Source of the DNA: Protoeuglena noctilucae
Taxonomy: Eukaryota
Direction of reading: 5' to 3'
DNA length: 64,000 nucleotides
NCBI GenBank assembly: GCA_958009085.1
Contig: OY253684.1
Coordinates: forward strand, 682,001 to 746,000
Shown in pieces: positions 24,611 through 36,872 of this stretch (the first letter of the stretch is position 1; every line of letters begins with the position of its first letter). Both the position numbers and the translations under genes were made by a program. The notes beneath the pieces were generated by a model. That model was not told where the DNA came from. It saw nothing but the letters and a program-made list of their open reading frames with translations, and searched no databases.

Positions 24611-26842
24611 ATGAGCAGGGAGGAGCAGTACGAGGGCGCGCCGGACGCGCAGGCGGCGTCCGGGGCCCAGAACGGAGGTGAGCGGGGGCACACGGGCGAG
24701 CAGACGACAGCGTGGCGCTCTGTGCGCTTGGGGCTGGGGGACGGGGCCCGTCTGGCCGCGGAAGCCGACGCGCGCTGGCCCCTGTTCGTACCCGCCGCAG
24801 CCGAGGCCAAGGGTGAGCGCGAGAACGGCGCCACGGAGGGGCGTGAAGCGAGGGAGAACGGTTCTGGAGCCGAGAGGAAGGGCGGCCGCGAGGGCACGTC
24901 CGAGAGGGCGCGCAGCGGGACCCGGGAGCGCGAGCGCAGCCGCGACAGAGATCGGGAGCGCAGCCGCGACAGGGACAGGGGTCGGGAGCGCAGGCCGGAC
25001 AGGGACCGGGAGCGCAGCCGCGACAGGGACCGGGACAGGGACCGGGACCGGGAGAGGGATTGGGAGATGAGCAAGGGCCGCAGCGACCGGGAGCGCAGCC
25101 GCGACCGAGGCCGCGAGCGGTCTCGGGACCGAGAGCGATCGAGGGACACGGGATACGATTGGGGCTACGACCGCGGGCGTGACCGGGCGCGCTACCGGGA
25201 CCGCGACGACGACCGCTACCGCAGCTATGGTCGGAGGCACGCCTCGCCGCCCCCGCGGCACCGCGGCGGGTACGCTCCTCGCGAGCCCACGCCGCCCGAA
25301 GTGCGGGAGGAGAGGGAGAGGGCGAAGGAGATGGAGCGCCTGGAGCGGGATGCCCGCACCATCTTCGCCTACAACCTCCCGCTCCTTGCCAACGAGCAAG
25401 ATCTCTTTCCGTTTTTCAGCCAAGTCGGCACGGTCACCGACATGCGCATCATCCGGTGCGCGACGGGTGGGGCGGGCCATGCGATGGCCATGCGCTTGAG
25501 CCGCGTGCCGCGCCAGCGTTGATGCGTTGGCTGTCGACCTGGTCCGAGCCCGCTTGCCCGCAGGGACAAGGGCAGCGTCAAGTCCAAGGGAGTTGCGTAC
25601 ATTGAGTTCGAGACACTGGACATGGTGCCGAACGCCATGACGCTCAACGGGGCCATGTTTATGAACCAGACCATCGGCGTCAGGCCTTCCGAGGCTGAGA
25701 AGGTGGGTCCCGCGGCGCCTTCCAGCTCAACGTATGTGATGAAAAGCCGCCGGAACTGCAGATGGTCCCCGTTGGAAAGGGCTGCGGCGATTCCACAGAA
25801 CAACGTTACGCGGTGCCCGCAGAACCTGGCTTGGGAGCTCGAGCAGCAGGCAAAGAAGGCGGGCTTGCCTCCGCCCACGCTGCTCAACCAGGTCAAGGCA
25901 GGGGGCGACAACGCTCCCAAGAGCGTCCAGCTCGTCATCACCAACCTGCACCCGCTCATCGCGGAGGCGGACGTGCGGGCCATGTTCGAGGTAAGATGCT
26001 GCGTGCTTTGTTGTCGGCACAGCGTGCCCTCGTGTATGGGGTGTGTGAGCAGGGCAGGAAGATGTGCTGTTTGACTCCCCGCCTCTCTTTGCTGGTCGCG
26101 CACAGGCGTGAACCCTCACATTTCAGCTCGTGACTCGTCCCCGCAGCATTTCGGCCCCGTGGAGGAGGTGCTGGTGAAGAAGGACCCCAACCCCCGTACG
26201 CCGGGGCAGGCGTACGTGACCTTCACGGAGGTCGCGCACGGCACCGCGGCGACGCAGATGGGCGGGGTCAAGATCATGGAGCTGCCCATCACCGTCAAAG
26301 TGTGGAGCTACCTGCCCAGGAAGGGTCCCCCGGGCGAGGGCGTCATCGGGGGGCAGCGCGACCTGGACCTGGTGGCCCACGACACGATCACGATCGGCAA
26401 GCAGCAGCAGGCGGCCCTGATGGCGGCGCGGGCGGCCGAGGCGGGGATCGCGGTGCTGCAAACGACCCCGCAGCCGGCGACGCAGCCGGCCGCCCCCCCA
26501 CCCCACCCCATGCGCCACTTGCAGGGGCTGCTCGGCCCCGCTAGCCCCATCCCGACTGAGTCGCTCCTCATCAAGAACATGTTCGACCCGAACGACGAGC
26601 AGGGCGCCGAGTGGGACATTGAGATCGCCGAGGACGTGCGCGAGGAGTGCCAGGCCAAGTACGGCCCGGTCGAACACGTCTTTGTCGACCGCAACAGCCC
26701 CGGGTTTGTCTATGTGCGCTTCAAGACGGTGCCCGCTTGCAAGCTCGCGCAGGAGGGACTCCAGGACCGCAACTTCGGGGGCCGCCGGCTCTTCACCGAG
26801 TTCGCCTTCTCCGCCACCTACAAGAACCACTTCAAGCTGTAA
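24611..26842 (+). CDS. RBM39: RBM39/CAPER (CC1-like) splicing factor: RS/RD region, two RRMs, C-terminal UHM
   Basis: ERDARTIFAYNL, KSKGVAYIEF, VRPSEAEKN, LVITNLHP, LLIKNMFDPNDE...WDIEIAEDVREEC...GFVYVRF...RNFGGR. Confidence 0.92.
24925..25145 (+). repeat. Coding imperfect tandem repeats (GAGCGCAGCCGCGAC.. and GACCGG) encoding ERSRDRDR
   Basis: Repeated gagcgcagccgcgac units inside the RS/RD domain of RBM39. Confidence 0.8.
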
Positions 26843-27277
26843 AAGCATGCGGGGGCGGGTGGCCGGCGCAACGGAGCAGCCCCGCTCCCTCGACGCAGAT
26901 GGCCGGCCGCTGGGCGCCCCTGGCGGCGCCCCTGGGTTCGCTGTTTCTGTTGCTGACCCTGCCGTCTGTGCGCTGTGCTGCAGGGTGGCAAGTCTGCGAT
27001 CCGCGGGGTCGCCTCGGGGTGCGTGTAGCTCGCCTCTTCTCTGGTTGAAACATCAGATTTCAGTAGCCGCATTCTTGCAGGGCGGTCTGTGCCTACCGAG
27101 GAACGGCGCAGCTCCCAGCATAGGTGCCCAAGTGCAAGTCCGGCCTCCTGCGGGATCCTTGCGCGCCAGGTGACAGCCGTTTCCAGTTGGCAGGGCCAGC
27201 GAGGGCCATGTCAGCAACGGCGGCGTTCGCGTGCAATCAGAAGGGTGCTCTCATAACCACAAATGGCCGCCAAATCC

Positions 27278-28298
27278 CTACAAGGCGGACGCCTTGCGGG
27301 CCCACTCGTCCTTCTGCTCAGATGAGAGCCTGGCCCACGCCTCGGCTGCGTCCTTGATCAGACCTCCCCTGCAGAGTCAGACTCGAGGGAATCGCGTCGG
27401 GCCCGGCAGAGCGTCTCAGGGCGCTGGGACGGGCACGGGCGCAGCGCGGACGCACCGGATGTGTGCTAGCTGCGACTTGCGCTCCGCCGACATGTTCTTG
27501 GTGTGCTCGGACACGAAGAAGTTGTATGGCCGCACCTTTTTTTTGGATCCCGACGCGGACTGCGAGAAATGACTTTGCTGGATGAAACGCGGACCGTGAT
27601 GTGACATTCCGAACCGGCTGCATCGTCGCGCGGCCTGCGATCCGCACCTCAGTGCCCGTCGCCATGGCGCGCTGTGGGGCGCTGTCGGCGGCCGTGGGGC
27701 GCGACGCGGGGGCGCAGACGGTGGCGGGCTGCCCCAGCGCCACGGGCGGAATTAGGGGCGCAGCTGCCGTCGCGATGGCCGGTCCCGAGGCCCCGCCATC
27801 GACGAAAGGCGCCTGTGCCGCGTGATTTCGTGCTGACCGGAGGGCGACGGAGCCCGCCTGCCCCACGCGCTGCTCGAGGCCATGGGCGCACGAGTTTGCG
27901 GGGGAGACCAGCCTGCGGACAGACAAACGGGTCAGATGCGTTCATATTGGATCCATGAGGAAAGCAAAGATCCCGATAGCGACGCGTCCCTCCATGAAGG
28001 CGGACTGGGCCAGCATCGGGGCCCGTCAACTCGCGGCTACGTTTAAAGGCCTCGGGCGCTACGTGCTGCGACGCGGGAACGTCCCGACAGCCACGGCGCT
28101 GCAAAATCTCAGACACGGCTTGAAGAGCGCAGCGCCACTTTGGCCAGATACCGCAGCGGCTGGTGGCGGGGGGCCCAACCGTGTCGCAATATTAACAACG
28201 AGCAGGCGGGCACGGGCGGACCCCCGCGAGGACAACCCACCACAGAAACAATGTGTCCTTGCTCACTTGTGAAGCAAATTCACCACCGCCCTCTTCAT
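27278..28298 (-). CDS. Single HMG-box protein with long N-terminal extension
   Basis: Spliced C-terminus SGSKKKVRPYNFFVSEHTKNMSAERKSQLAHIR|GGLIKDAAEAWARLSSEQKDEWARKASAL* is an HMG box; the 5' exon (MKRAVVNLLHK) is tentative. Confidence 0.7.
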
Positions 28299-28708
28299 GA
28301 CGCGCACGACTTTTGGGTCCTCCACAGAAAGGTGGTTCTTCTGCTTCGATTAGCAAGTGCCCCTTAGCTATGAACGCTTGAAGATGCAGTGCGTGCGTGC
28401 TTCACAAAGCACGCGATTAGACTCGTCTCTTGACAGTCCAGCCCGGCTGGCAGCCGTGACACTGACTTGACTCGCCGGACCGGTGATTTTAAGGCACAGA
28501 AGCTCCCCAACGAGTAGATGGACAGACTGCAGGTTTGCGCACAAAGTGCTCAGCTGTTTTCAGCGGCTATCAGTCCCTCGTCGATCCGCATTAGCCAGGA
28601 TTTGCAGGCCGCGCTTTAACCCCGATTAGCACGTCGGTGGGCCCTCCGCTGGACCCCGGCTCCCGGCAGCCAGTTTTAGTATCTCGGATAGGCACAACAG
28701 CGGAAAGG

Positions 28709-29916
28709 ATGTCCAAGAAGGGCTACGAGCAATCGCCCTGGGTCTTTGAGGGGCGGGCGCTGTACCAGCTCCACCTGGTGAAGGCGTCCGAGGCCGCAAA
28801 ATACATCCCAGAAGGACTCAAACTCGTCCAGCTTTTCGGGTGCGCATGTCGTGACCTGAGTCGCCTCGACGGGGAGCTTCCAGGACACGGCAGACCACGG
28901 CAAGCGCGTTCCCCGACCGCAGGTACACTCTGGGCGGGCTGTTCCTGGCGCGGTACGACGACTCGCCCACGGGCAAGTTCAACGAAATGGTGGTGCTCGC
29001 CGGGCTGGCCTGGAACCCGCCCACGTCTTGTGCGTGGGCTGCCCGTGTGCTTGTGGATAGCGTGCCAGCAAGAGACCATGGGCTTCGCGCGGTGGGGCTG
29101 CCCTCGCGCATTGCGGCCTTCCGGGCCGCGCCCAAGACCGCTGTTGGCACGGGCCAGGTGCCCGGGCTCAGCTGGTGGGGCGCGCACTACAGCCCACGGG
29201 GGTTCCGGCCAGCTGCCACCCGAGCGCGCGAGGTGGGTCGCTGCGCCTCTCCCGAGCATTTTAAAACAAGCTTTGTCAATCCAACATGTCCCCCGCGCCT
29301 GCCTGCCTGTCCCAGTGCCCCCTGTGGCCCGCCAGCCCCGAGCCCCCTGCCAGCTCTCACTTCGCCAAGGGCTTGCCTGTGGAGGAGGGTGACGGCGGGG
29401 AGGTGGACGTCTTCAACATGGAGCCGGGCTCGAGGGGCCACGCTGGGCCGCTGGCGCACCTTTCCCTGCCGCCTGCCCGCCCCTGGTGGCAGTGGGCTGG
29501 GCCGCGCGTGTGCCTGCCCCTGCCCAGCTTCAGTGGGCTCACGGATGCCGTCCCGCACATGCTGCGTTACGCCTGCGACATGCACGCCAACGTCAGGCTG
29601 TGCAAGCCCATCTCAGGTGCATGGCAGCGGCTATGCGTAAACTAAGCCTCGGTCCCTGCATGGGACAGGTGTCGTGGTCCTGACACTGGAGCCCCCCGCC
29701 TCTGGCATTGCAGTGTCGCTCCCGTCACGGACGAGCAAGGACAGCGAGGAGGGCCCCGAGAGCATGGCTGGGGTTCTAAAGGGAGTGCCGATCCTCTGCA
29801 TCGCGTTTGATGAGATGCGCATGTCGGTGCAAGAGCCGGTGCGGGTGCCTGACCCGGCGACGCAGAGGGCGGTTAAGAAAGCCGTGGCCCTTGCTTCGTT
29901 GGTCAAGGCGTGCTAA
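28709..29916 (+). CDS. NXD1: NEOXANTHIN-DEFICIENT 1 homologue
   Basis: GYEQSPWVFEGRALYQLHLVK...FGYTLGGLFLARYDDSPTGKFNEMVVLAGLAWNPPTSCAWAARVLV...GLPSR, LPSFSG. Confidence 0.92.
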
Positions 29917-30078
29917 TCTGGTTCAGACAGCTAGTAGTTATTTGATGCCAAATTTTTAGCACTGAGACCTGCCCAGCTGCGCCCTCCAGCTCTCCCCGGG
30001 CTGACCTCCTGCGCCGTCTGAGTGCATCAAGTCCTCCAGCCTTTAGGTTGGAGGATCAACATTCAACCCTGTAGGACC

Positions 30079-33000
30079 CTACAAGTCCATCGTCACCACT
30101 ACGCACTCCTTGCTCACACACGCAGCGTCTGCCACCATCATCTTGCCCCTCAGCTCTCTAGCCAGCGCGCTGCCGTCACTGCTCCCGTCCGCCGCCCCCA
30201 GCTCCCGCAGTGCTTGAGTGGGAAGCCTCACCACGACGGCAGCAGCGGCATTGACCGTGGAACGAGCGGACCAGCACAGGGTGTCGTCCGCGGTGAGTTC
30301 TAGTGACAAAAGGCTCGTCACTAATAGGGTCATTGGGATCTTGCACAGCAGAGCAGGGGGCGTCGCATGCATATCCCAGGCACAAAGGTCGGCGCTTCCG
30401 GTAAAAATGTTGCTGAAAATTACGGAAACCAGAATGCCGCCGTCGCAGGTAATGGCCAACCATATGGGAACATGACTCAGCATTGTCGGTACGATTGCAG
30501 AGCGCGTGCTCCCGACCTCAAAGGTGCACAGGTTATACTTTGTGGCACTCTCCGCAGAGTCCTCATCGGGTTCCCCAACTGCCACCGCCACCGCCACCAC
30601 CCCCCACGCGCAGTCCCGAGACGTTGCTGACTTTGCTGCCTCCCACGCCCTCCCATCGGCATCGACACACCTTGTCGGCAGCACGCGCCTGGCCTGCCCA
30701 GCGACGTCCTCTTGCACCAAACTACCCTCCTCCCACACCCACAAGCGCTCCCCGTCAGGGCTCAAGAAGTCCACAGCCTCCCGCACTATCTTTGCCTGCT
30801 CGCCCGAGGATGGGCTCCAGGCATACAAGACGCCGCGGCTGAGCAAGTACAGCTTGTCCTCCCCAGCAAAGCAAAGATGCCAACCGTGCCATCTGTCTGC
30901 CCCTGGCACCTCGGTATCAGCCAGCATCTCCCCCGTTGCCATGTCCCACACTAGCGCCCAGCCGCGGTCGCGCATCAAAAAACCAGCAGCGCCCCTCTTG
31001 CGGTCAGGCGAGATTGCCATTCCCAGGACCCGTACACCCACATCCACCTTACAGATGCGCACCCCCGTCCTCGCATCCACAATGCGTGCAGTGCTTTCGT
31101 TTTCCGCTTGCACCACGAGCACGCCTCCATCGGGCGAAAGACTAGCTACATACACTTCTCGCATAGCATCAATGTCATCCCCGCCGACTATGACTGGCGA
31201 GTCCCCTTGCTGAGCCGACATATCCAACAGCCAGGTCGCAGTACCGGTCGTAACCCCTAATGTCTTACCAGTGGGGTCTACCTGTATGTCACGCAGTATA
31301 GCTTTGATCTGGAACACAGCCCAGGGGCACTCTGTGACTGCATCACGAAGGCTCAGCTCTAGTCCACCTGAGATAAGCTTCGACGTAACAATGAACGCTC
31401 CATCAGGGCTGGAATACAACCCGTGGTCTTTTGCTGATTGCCGCAGCTCTCGCCACGACTCCCTGTTGTGAAAGACCCCGCCTTCGATTTGTGTGACGAT
31501 GGTCGCCCCGTCAGGGCTGACCAGCGAGTGGCTGCCCTCCAGAAGCCCACGCTGCTTGCCCACCTTTGCGTCCCACACGAGCATCCCCCCACTGACAACC
31601 GCCATAATCCCATCGCCATCCGAGATGATCTCTCTGCTGGACGAGGTGGATGTCCCTTCCAGCTCCGCCCGCAGCTGCCCCGACTGCACGTCAAACACCC
31701 TCAAGTTGCTGTTTCTCGGCTTCATCGCCACCCACGCGCCGTCTCCACCCACCATGCCCAGCTCAATCTCCAACGCTGCCACCTCGGCGAGCGGCCCCGC
31801 AGGCACTGCCAGCTCCTCCCCACTGGGCACGCCCCACTGGCGGTAACCCCGCTCCGTGACCGCTCCCACCGTCGTCCCCCCGTTCATGAGCCCCGCATCG
31901 TGCACGTTGACAAAGACCTTGGCACCCTTGCCAGGCAGCGGCAGCAAACTGCCCGCCATGCAGTCCACAAGGTACAGCCCTTTGTTTCCCCAGACTGCCA
32001 GCGTGGCTCCGCTGGGGCTGAACTGCATGCCCCTTGCCTCAAACCCGTCGTCCGGCAGTCCGACGACCAGGGTCCTCGCCCCCGTCACGGTGTCCCAGAG
32101 ACTGACTGCTTGCTTATCCACCACCCCCAGCACGTCGCCCTCGGGCGAGAAGGCCATGGCATCTACGGGTCCAGAGGCCAGTACCTGCGCCTCCGGGAAC
32201 CCGTCCATGGTCCCCACCACCCGCACCCGGCCGTCCACGAGCCCCTCGCGCGCGCACGCGTCCCCTGCAGCATGCATCCAGGTACCCTGCGGCGCCACCA
32301 GCGCCGCATCCACGGCCACGCTGGGGTTGCTGACGAGGACAGCCGAGAAGCATCTGCGAGCGAGTCGAGATGTCGACAGGATGCAGTCAACCCCATACAG
32401 AGCAGACATCAACGAAGCTAGACAAACACGTCGCCCCCGTTTCCCTTACCTCAGCCACGCCCTCGTCTCCTGCGCGGAAGCAGCCTTGGGGTGTGACGAC
32501 GCCCTCAGCGCCTGCGCCGCCCTCGCCACGTCCCTCACCAGCCGCCCCACCTCCCCCGCCTCCGCGCACGCCCGCACGTACCCCAGGCTCGTGCACACGC
32601 CCGCAGCCACGCCCAGCTCCCCAGCCTCCACCGCGTGGTGCAGCGTGTACACGCTGGCGTACGCCCCCAGCGTCTCCACCACCGCCCCGCTCCCGCCGCC
32701 CTGCCCCAGCGCCTCCACCTTGCGCCCCCACACCACCGCGTGCAGCGCGTGGCCCACCCGCACGTCCACGTGCCACCCCGACGCCTTGTCCTCCGCCAGC
32801 CAGTCCATCACCGACCTGCATGGCGTGTGAGAGCGCACGTCAGGCTCACCGGTACGCTCCACCCGCCCCCAGCCCCACCACTTTCCCCATCGCCAGCCCC
32901 GCCGCGCCTCTGCCGCCACTCACTTGTGGAAGGGCCGTACGCGCCCGTCCGCGCCCACAGGGAACAGGCTGCCCATGGCCCCCAGCACGCGCGCGGCTGC

Positions 33001-36000
33001 CCCCGCGTCCTCGTCGCCGTGCTGGACCAGCTCCTGCAGCTCCGACAGGCTCAGCGGCTCCACCGCCGCCACCAGCGCCGGCAGCACCCGCGTCCGCACC
33101 ACCTCCACGTCCCGCTCCGCCAGCGCCCTGAACTGCCTGCAAATGCAACCGGACGCTGACATGCGCCACCCCTGTGCAAGCCAACAGTCCACGTGCCATG
33201 CAGACCTTGCGATCCACGCCCCCAACATCTGTGCACCGCCACATGACCACCCGCCCATCCCCACCTGTCGAAGTACTCCTTGTACAGCGCCCGGTGCCCC
33301 TCCGGCAGATCCCCCACCGCCATGCTCGCCACCCCGCCCTCCGCCCTCGCCCCCACCTCCCGCTGCACCATGCCCACCAGCGCCGCCACATATGCGAACA
33401 CCCCCCCGCTCTTCCCCTCCAGCGCCTCCACCACCGCGCCCCTCTCGTCCTCGCTCAGCCCCTCGCTCCTCAGGCTCCCCCGGATGTACGCCCGGATGTC
33501 CTCCCGGTTGCGCCCCTCGCTCGGCTCCAGCGTGAAGGGCTGGAACCGCGCCACCTGCCGCACGATGTACTCCTCCGGCCGCGACGTCACCAGCACCCGC
33601 ACCCACCCCGGAAGCTCCCCCACGCACCCCGACAGCATCTGTAGCACCCCGTTGCTCCGCGCATCCGCCCCTGCCTCGTCCACCGCGTCGATCACCAGCA
33701 CCACCGGCGCCTTGGCCCAAGCCACGCCCTTCGACGGGCCCACCACCAGGCTGCGGGGGCGCGGTTGACGAGAAGGCTGTTACACATGCACACTCGCATG
33801 GACACATGTTCATGCATGCCACAAAATGCGCATCCCACTCACCTCCGGAACCAGTCCATCGCCGTGCCGTTCAGGTCCAGCTCCCGCAGCCCCTCCTCCA
33901 CCGCCGTCGCCGCCTCCGGCACTGCCTCCGCCAGCTGGTACGCCAGCGACTGCGCCATCACCCTCGCGTCCGTCCTCGACTCGTCCCCCGCCCGGCAGAA
34001 GTGTCCCCCCAGCAGCCGCCCGGCCTTGTGCAGCTCCAGCGCCACGTGCGCGGTGAACGCCGTCTTGCCCATGCCTGCGGACGACCGGGGAGGGGTGCGT
34101 GGCAGTGAAACGGGCCTTCACCGCATCCCTCCACTCCATGTCAGCCCTCGCGCTCGCCAGTCGCTGTCACTCGCCTGGCAGGGACAGCAGCAGGAACATG
34201 TTGCTGGAGCGCTGCGCCTCGCTCCGCGTCGTCGCCTTCCCGTCCACCCACACCATGACCTCCTCGGCCAGCCACCCGCGCGTCCCCACCTGCGAGCCAT
34301 AGACAATGGACCTGCTTCACCCCCGACCCCATGACGTGATCACATGCGCCCCCGTGCTCGCTCACCATAAACCCCGCCTCCCGCAAGTCCGCGTCGTGCA
34401 GGAAGTCGTGGTGCTTCAGCACCCCGGCCAGCCTCTCCAGCGACCCTCCCGCCGGCTCTCCCTTCTCCCCCCTCTCCCTGCCTTGCGTCACGGCTGCCGC
34501 CAGGTTCCTGGCGCTCGCACGCTTGCCCGCCCCGCCCCGCGCCTCGCTCCTGCCCTTGCCCGCGCCGTTCACGTGCACGTACCACAGCACGTCCCGGAAC
34601 CGCACGCTGCCCCACTCCAGCTTGCCCCTGCGCTTGGCCCCCTGCGCCAGCTGGTACAGGTTGTGCGCCTGCACCCTGTCCGCCGGCGCCAGCAGCCGGT
34701 GCAGGTCCGTCCGCACGAACTCCGCCAGCTCCGGCGGCGCCAGCGTCTCCTCGTACCACCGCGCGGCCTCCTCCAGGATCGGCAGCTCCTCGTTCAGCAG
34801 CGCGATCTCAAACAACCCCCACTCCATCTCCGCCGCCACGTGCGCGAACCCCTCGTCCTCGTCCACCCACAGCCGCCGCAGCTCCCCCGGCAGCTTCTTC
34901 ACCTCCTGCGGCTCCGCGTCCAGCACCTGCCCGATCTTCCGCTCCAGCGCCTCCAAGCCCCTGTCTACGCGCTCCCCCAGCGCCGCCACCTGCTCCCCCA
35001 CGTTCTGCACCAGCCCCGCCAGCACCTGCTCCCCCGGCGCCAGCAGCCCAAACACCGCCTCCACCCTGCCCCGGTCCCCCAGCACCGCCCGCAGCTGCGC
35101 CGGTGACGCGTCCTCCAGCCGCTCCGCGCCGGCCTCCTGGGCCAGCCTCTCTGCCAGAGCCCTGCTCGAGAGCAGGCTGCCGTCCTCCACCGCCGACCGG
35201 ATCTCCTGCACCCCGCGCAAGGTCTCCACCTGCATGGCCGCCGTCAGCACCCCCACCTGCCCCAGCACCTTGCCCGCCAGCTCCTGCAGCCCGTCCGTGT
35301 CGCCCCGCGCCTGCAGGAACCGCCCCAGCCACGTCCGCGTCTCCACCTGCTGCACCAGCCCCGCCGCCTCCTCCAGCAGCCCTGCACGCGGCAGCGACAT
35401 GGCGGATTTGTAAGCTACGCTGCACGCGCCCCTCCCTCGCACGAAGCCATCTCACTCCGCCGCCGCTCTCTCCGCACCCTTCAGCTCCTCCAACGCCCGC
35501 GTGTGCTCGCTCAGCACCTCGTGCGCGCCCACCACCACCTCCATCACCCCCGCCACCACGCGCTTGAAGTCCCCCACCGCTGCCCTCACCGACACGGCCT
35601 GGGAGGCGACGGCAGGCGCGCTCGTTTGCGACGTCAGCCGGCTCGCGGCACGTGCTCCGCGCAGCCACCATCGCCCTCACCTCGGCGATGCCGGCCATGA
35701 CCCTGGACGCCACTTCCGCCAAGGGCCCCACCATGGGCGCCCTCGCCAGCACCTCCATCGCCTGCATGCCGCCCCTGGCCAGGATCCGCAGCACCTCCCC
35801 GGTCACGCTGTTCGTCTGCGGCGTCGCGCATCGAAAGCACGATAGCTCCCAAAGCATGATCGCTCACAAAGCGCTCGCGAGGCGACGCGCAGTCGGCGCC
35901 CGCGGCCGCAGCGATCACCTGCAGCAGCGTCACGATCTCCGGGGCCAGCGGCGCCACAGTGTCCCACAGCTTCTGCGCACACAAAGCAAAAGAACTCGCC

Positions 36001-36614
36001 CCTGCCCTTCCCGCATCTTAGCGGCCCGACGCTGCGCCGATCCATGGGCCCGGCATGACCCTATACGGCACTCAGCCCAGGATGCGGAGCCCAGCGTCCC
36101 AAACGGCGGACTCGGAGGCCCTGACCCAGAGACCTAACTATGTCCACACCTGCAGCTCGGCCACGCGGCCCTGCCAGCCCTCTTGCGCGGCCGCAGCACC
36201 CTCCGCGAGAGATACGTGTTCGTCATCTTTCGCCGCCGCCCCACCGGGGACCTCGCTTGTCGCGCTCGGCCGGTCCTGCACAATCAAAGCAGCTGGTTTG
36301 GCAGTGTCGCGAGGCGGGAGAGGAGTGCGGATCGCTGGCTGCTTGACATAGTATGCAGAGACTGCGCCGGGCAGATGCAGGCCACGCACCGGAGCCCCGG
36401 CGCGGCATCGGAGGAGGGCGGCATGCCCTGGCGGAGCGCATGCGCAGCGCGCCAGGGCGGCCCCGCTAGCTGCAGCGGCGCTGACCTGCGTCTTGCTCAC
36501 GTCAATGCCGCACGCATCCACCCCCGGTGCTGCCGCGTTCCCCACTCCTTCTCCGGAGGACACGGCTTTCTCCGTCGCATCTCCCGCCGCTGCCTTGCTC
36601 GCCCCGCAGCCCAT
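30079..36614 (-). CDS. NLR-like STAND NTPase (~1,780 aa, ~12 exons): MGCGAS acylation motif, MLKL/HeLo-like 4-helix bundle, NACHT, WD40-like propeller
   Basis: Spliced MGCGASK...; APMVGPLAEV...LLEEAAGLVQQVETRTWLGRFLQA; GTRGWL; Walker A SLPGMGKT; HFCR...SLAYQLA; Walker B VVLVIDAVDE; VLVTSRPE; GVFAYV; LPEG...LYKEYFDR; PFHKSVMDWL; WD-like repeats AFSPEG, QFSPSG, VSPDG, LSPDG. Confidence 0.88.
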
Positions 36615-36872
36615 GCCCGGGACCGATCGCTTGGACCTGCCAGCCACAGCTTGCTCTGCCAACCCAGCTCAAGCCTGCTTTGTGTCGCTGCCAACTCTCA
36701 ACTTGTTGTGGGGTCACAGCCAGCCAGGGCTGCATGCGTCCCAGCATATGCTGACAGCGACGGGAGCGCGCACATTGCCACGCCACCAGCATCGGCTGCT
36801 CTGTAGGTTCAAGCAGCAAGGTGGTGGGAATCTGATGCCGGAAAACTGGCATGCCAGTACGCAGGCCTGTCA

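Noticed and set aside
24925..25145. Regularly spaced repeats that might suggest a CRISPR array or satellite
   Set aside because: They encode the RS/RD domain of RBM39; there are no unique spacers or cas genes, and the context is eukaryotic.
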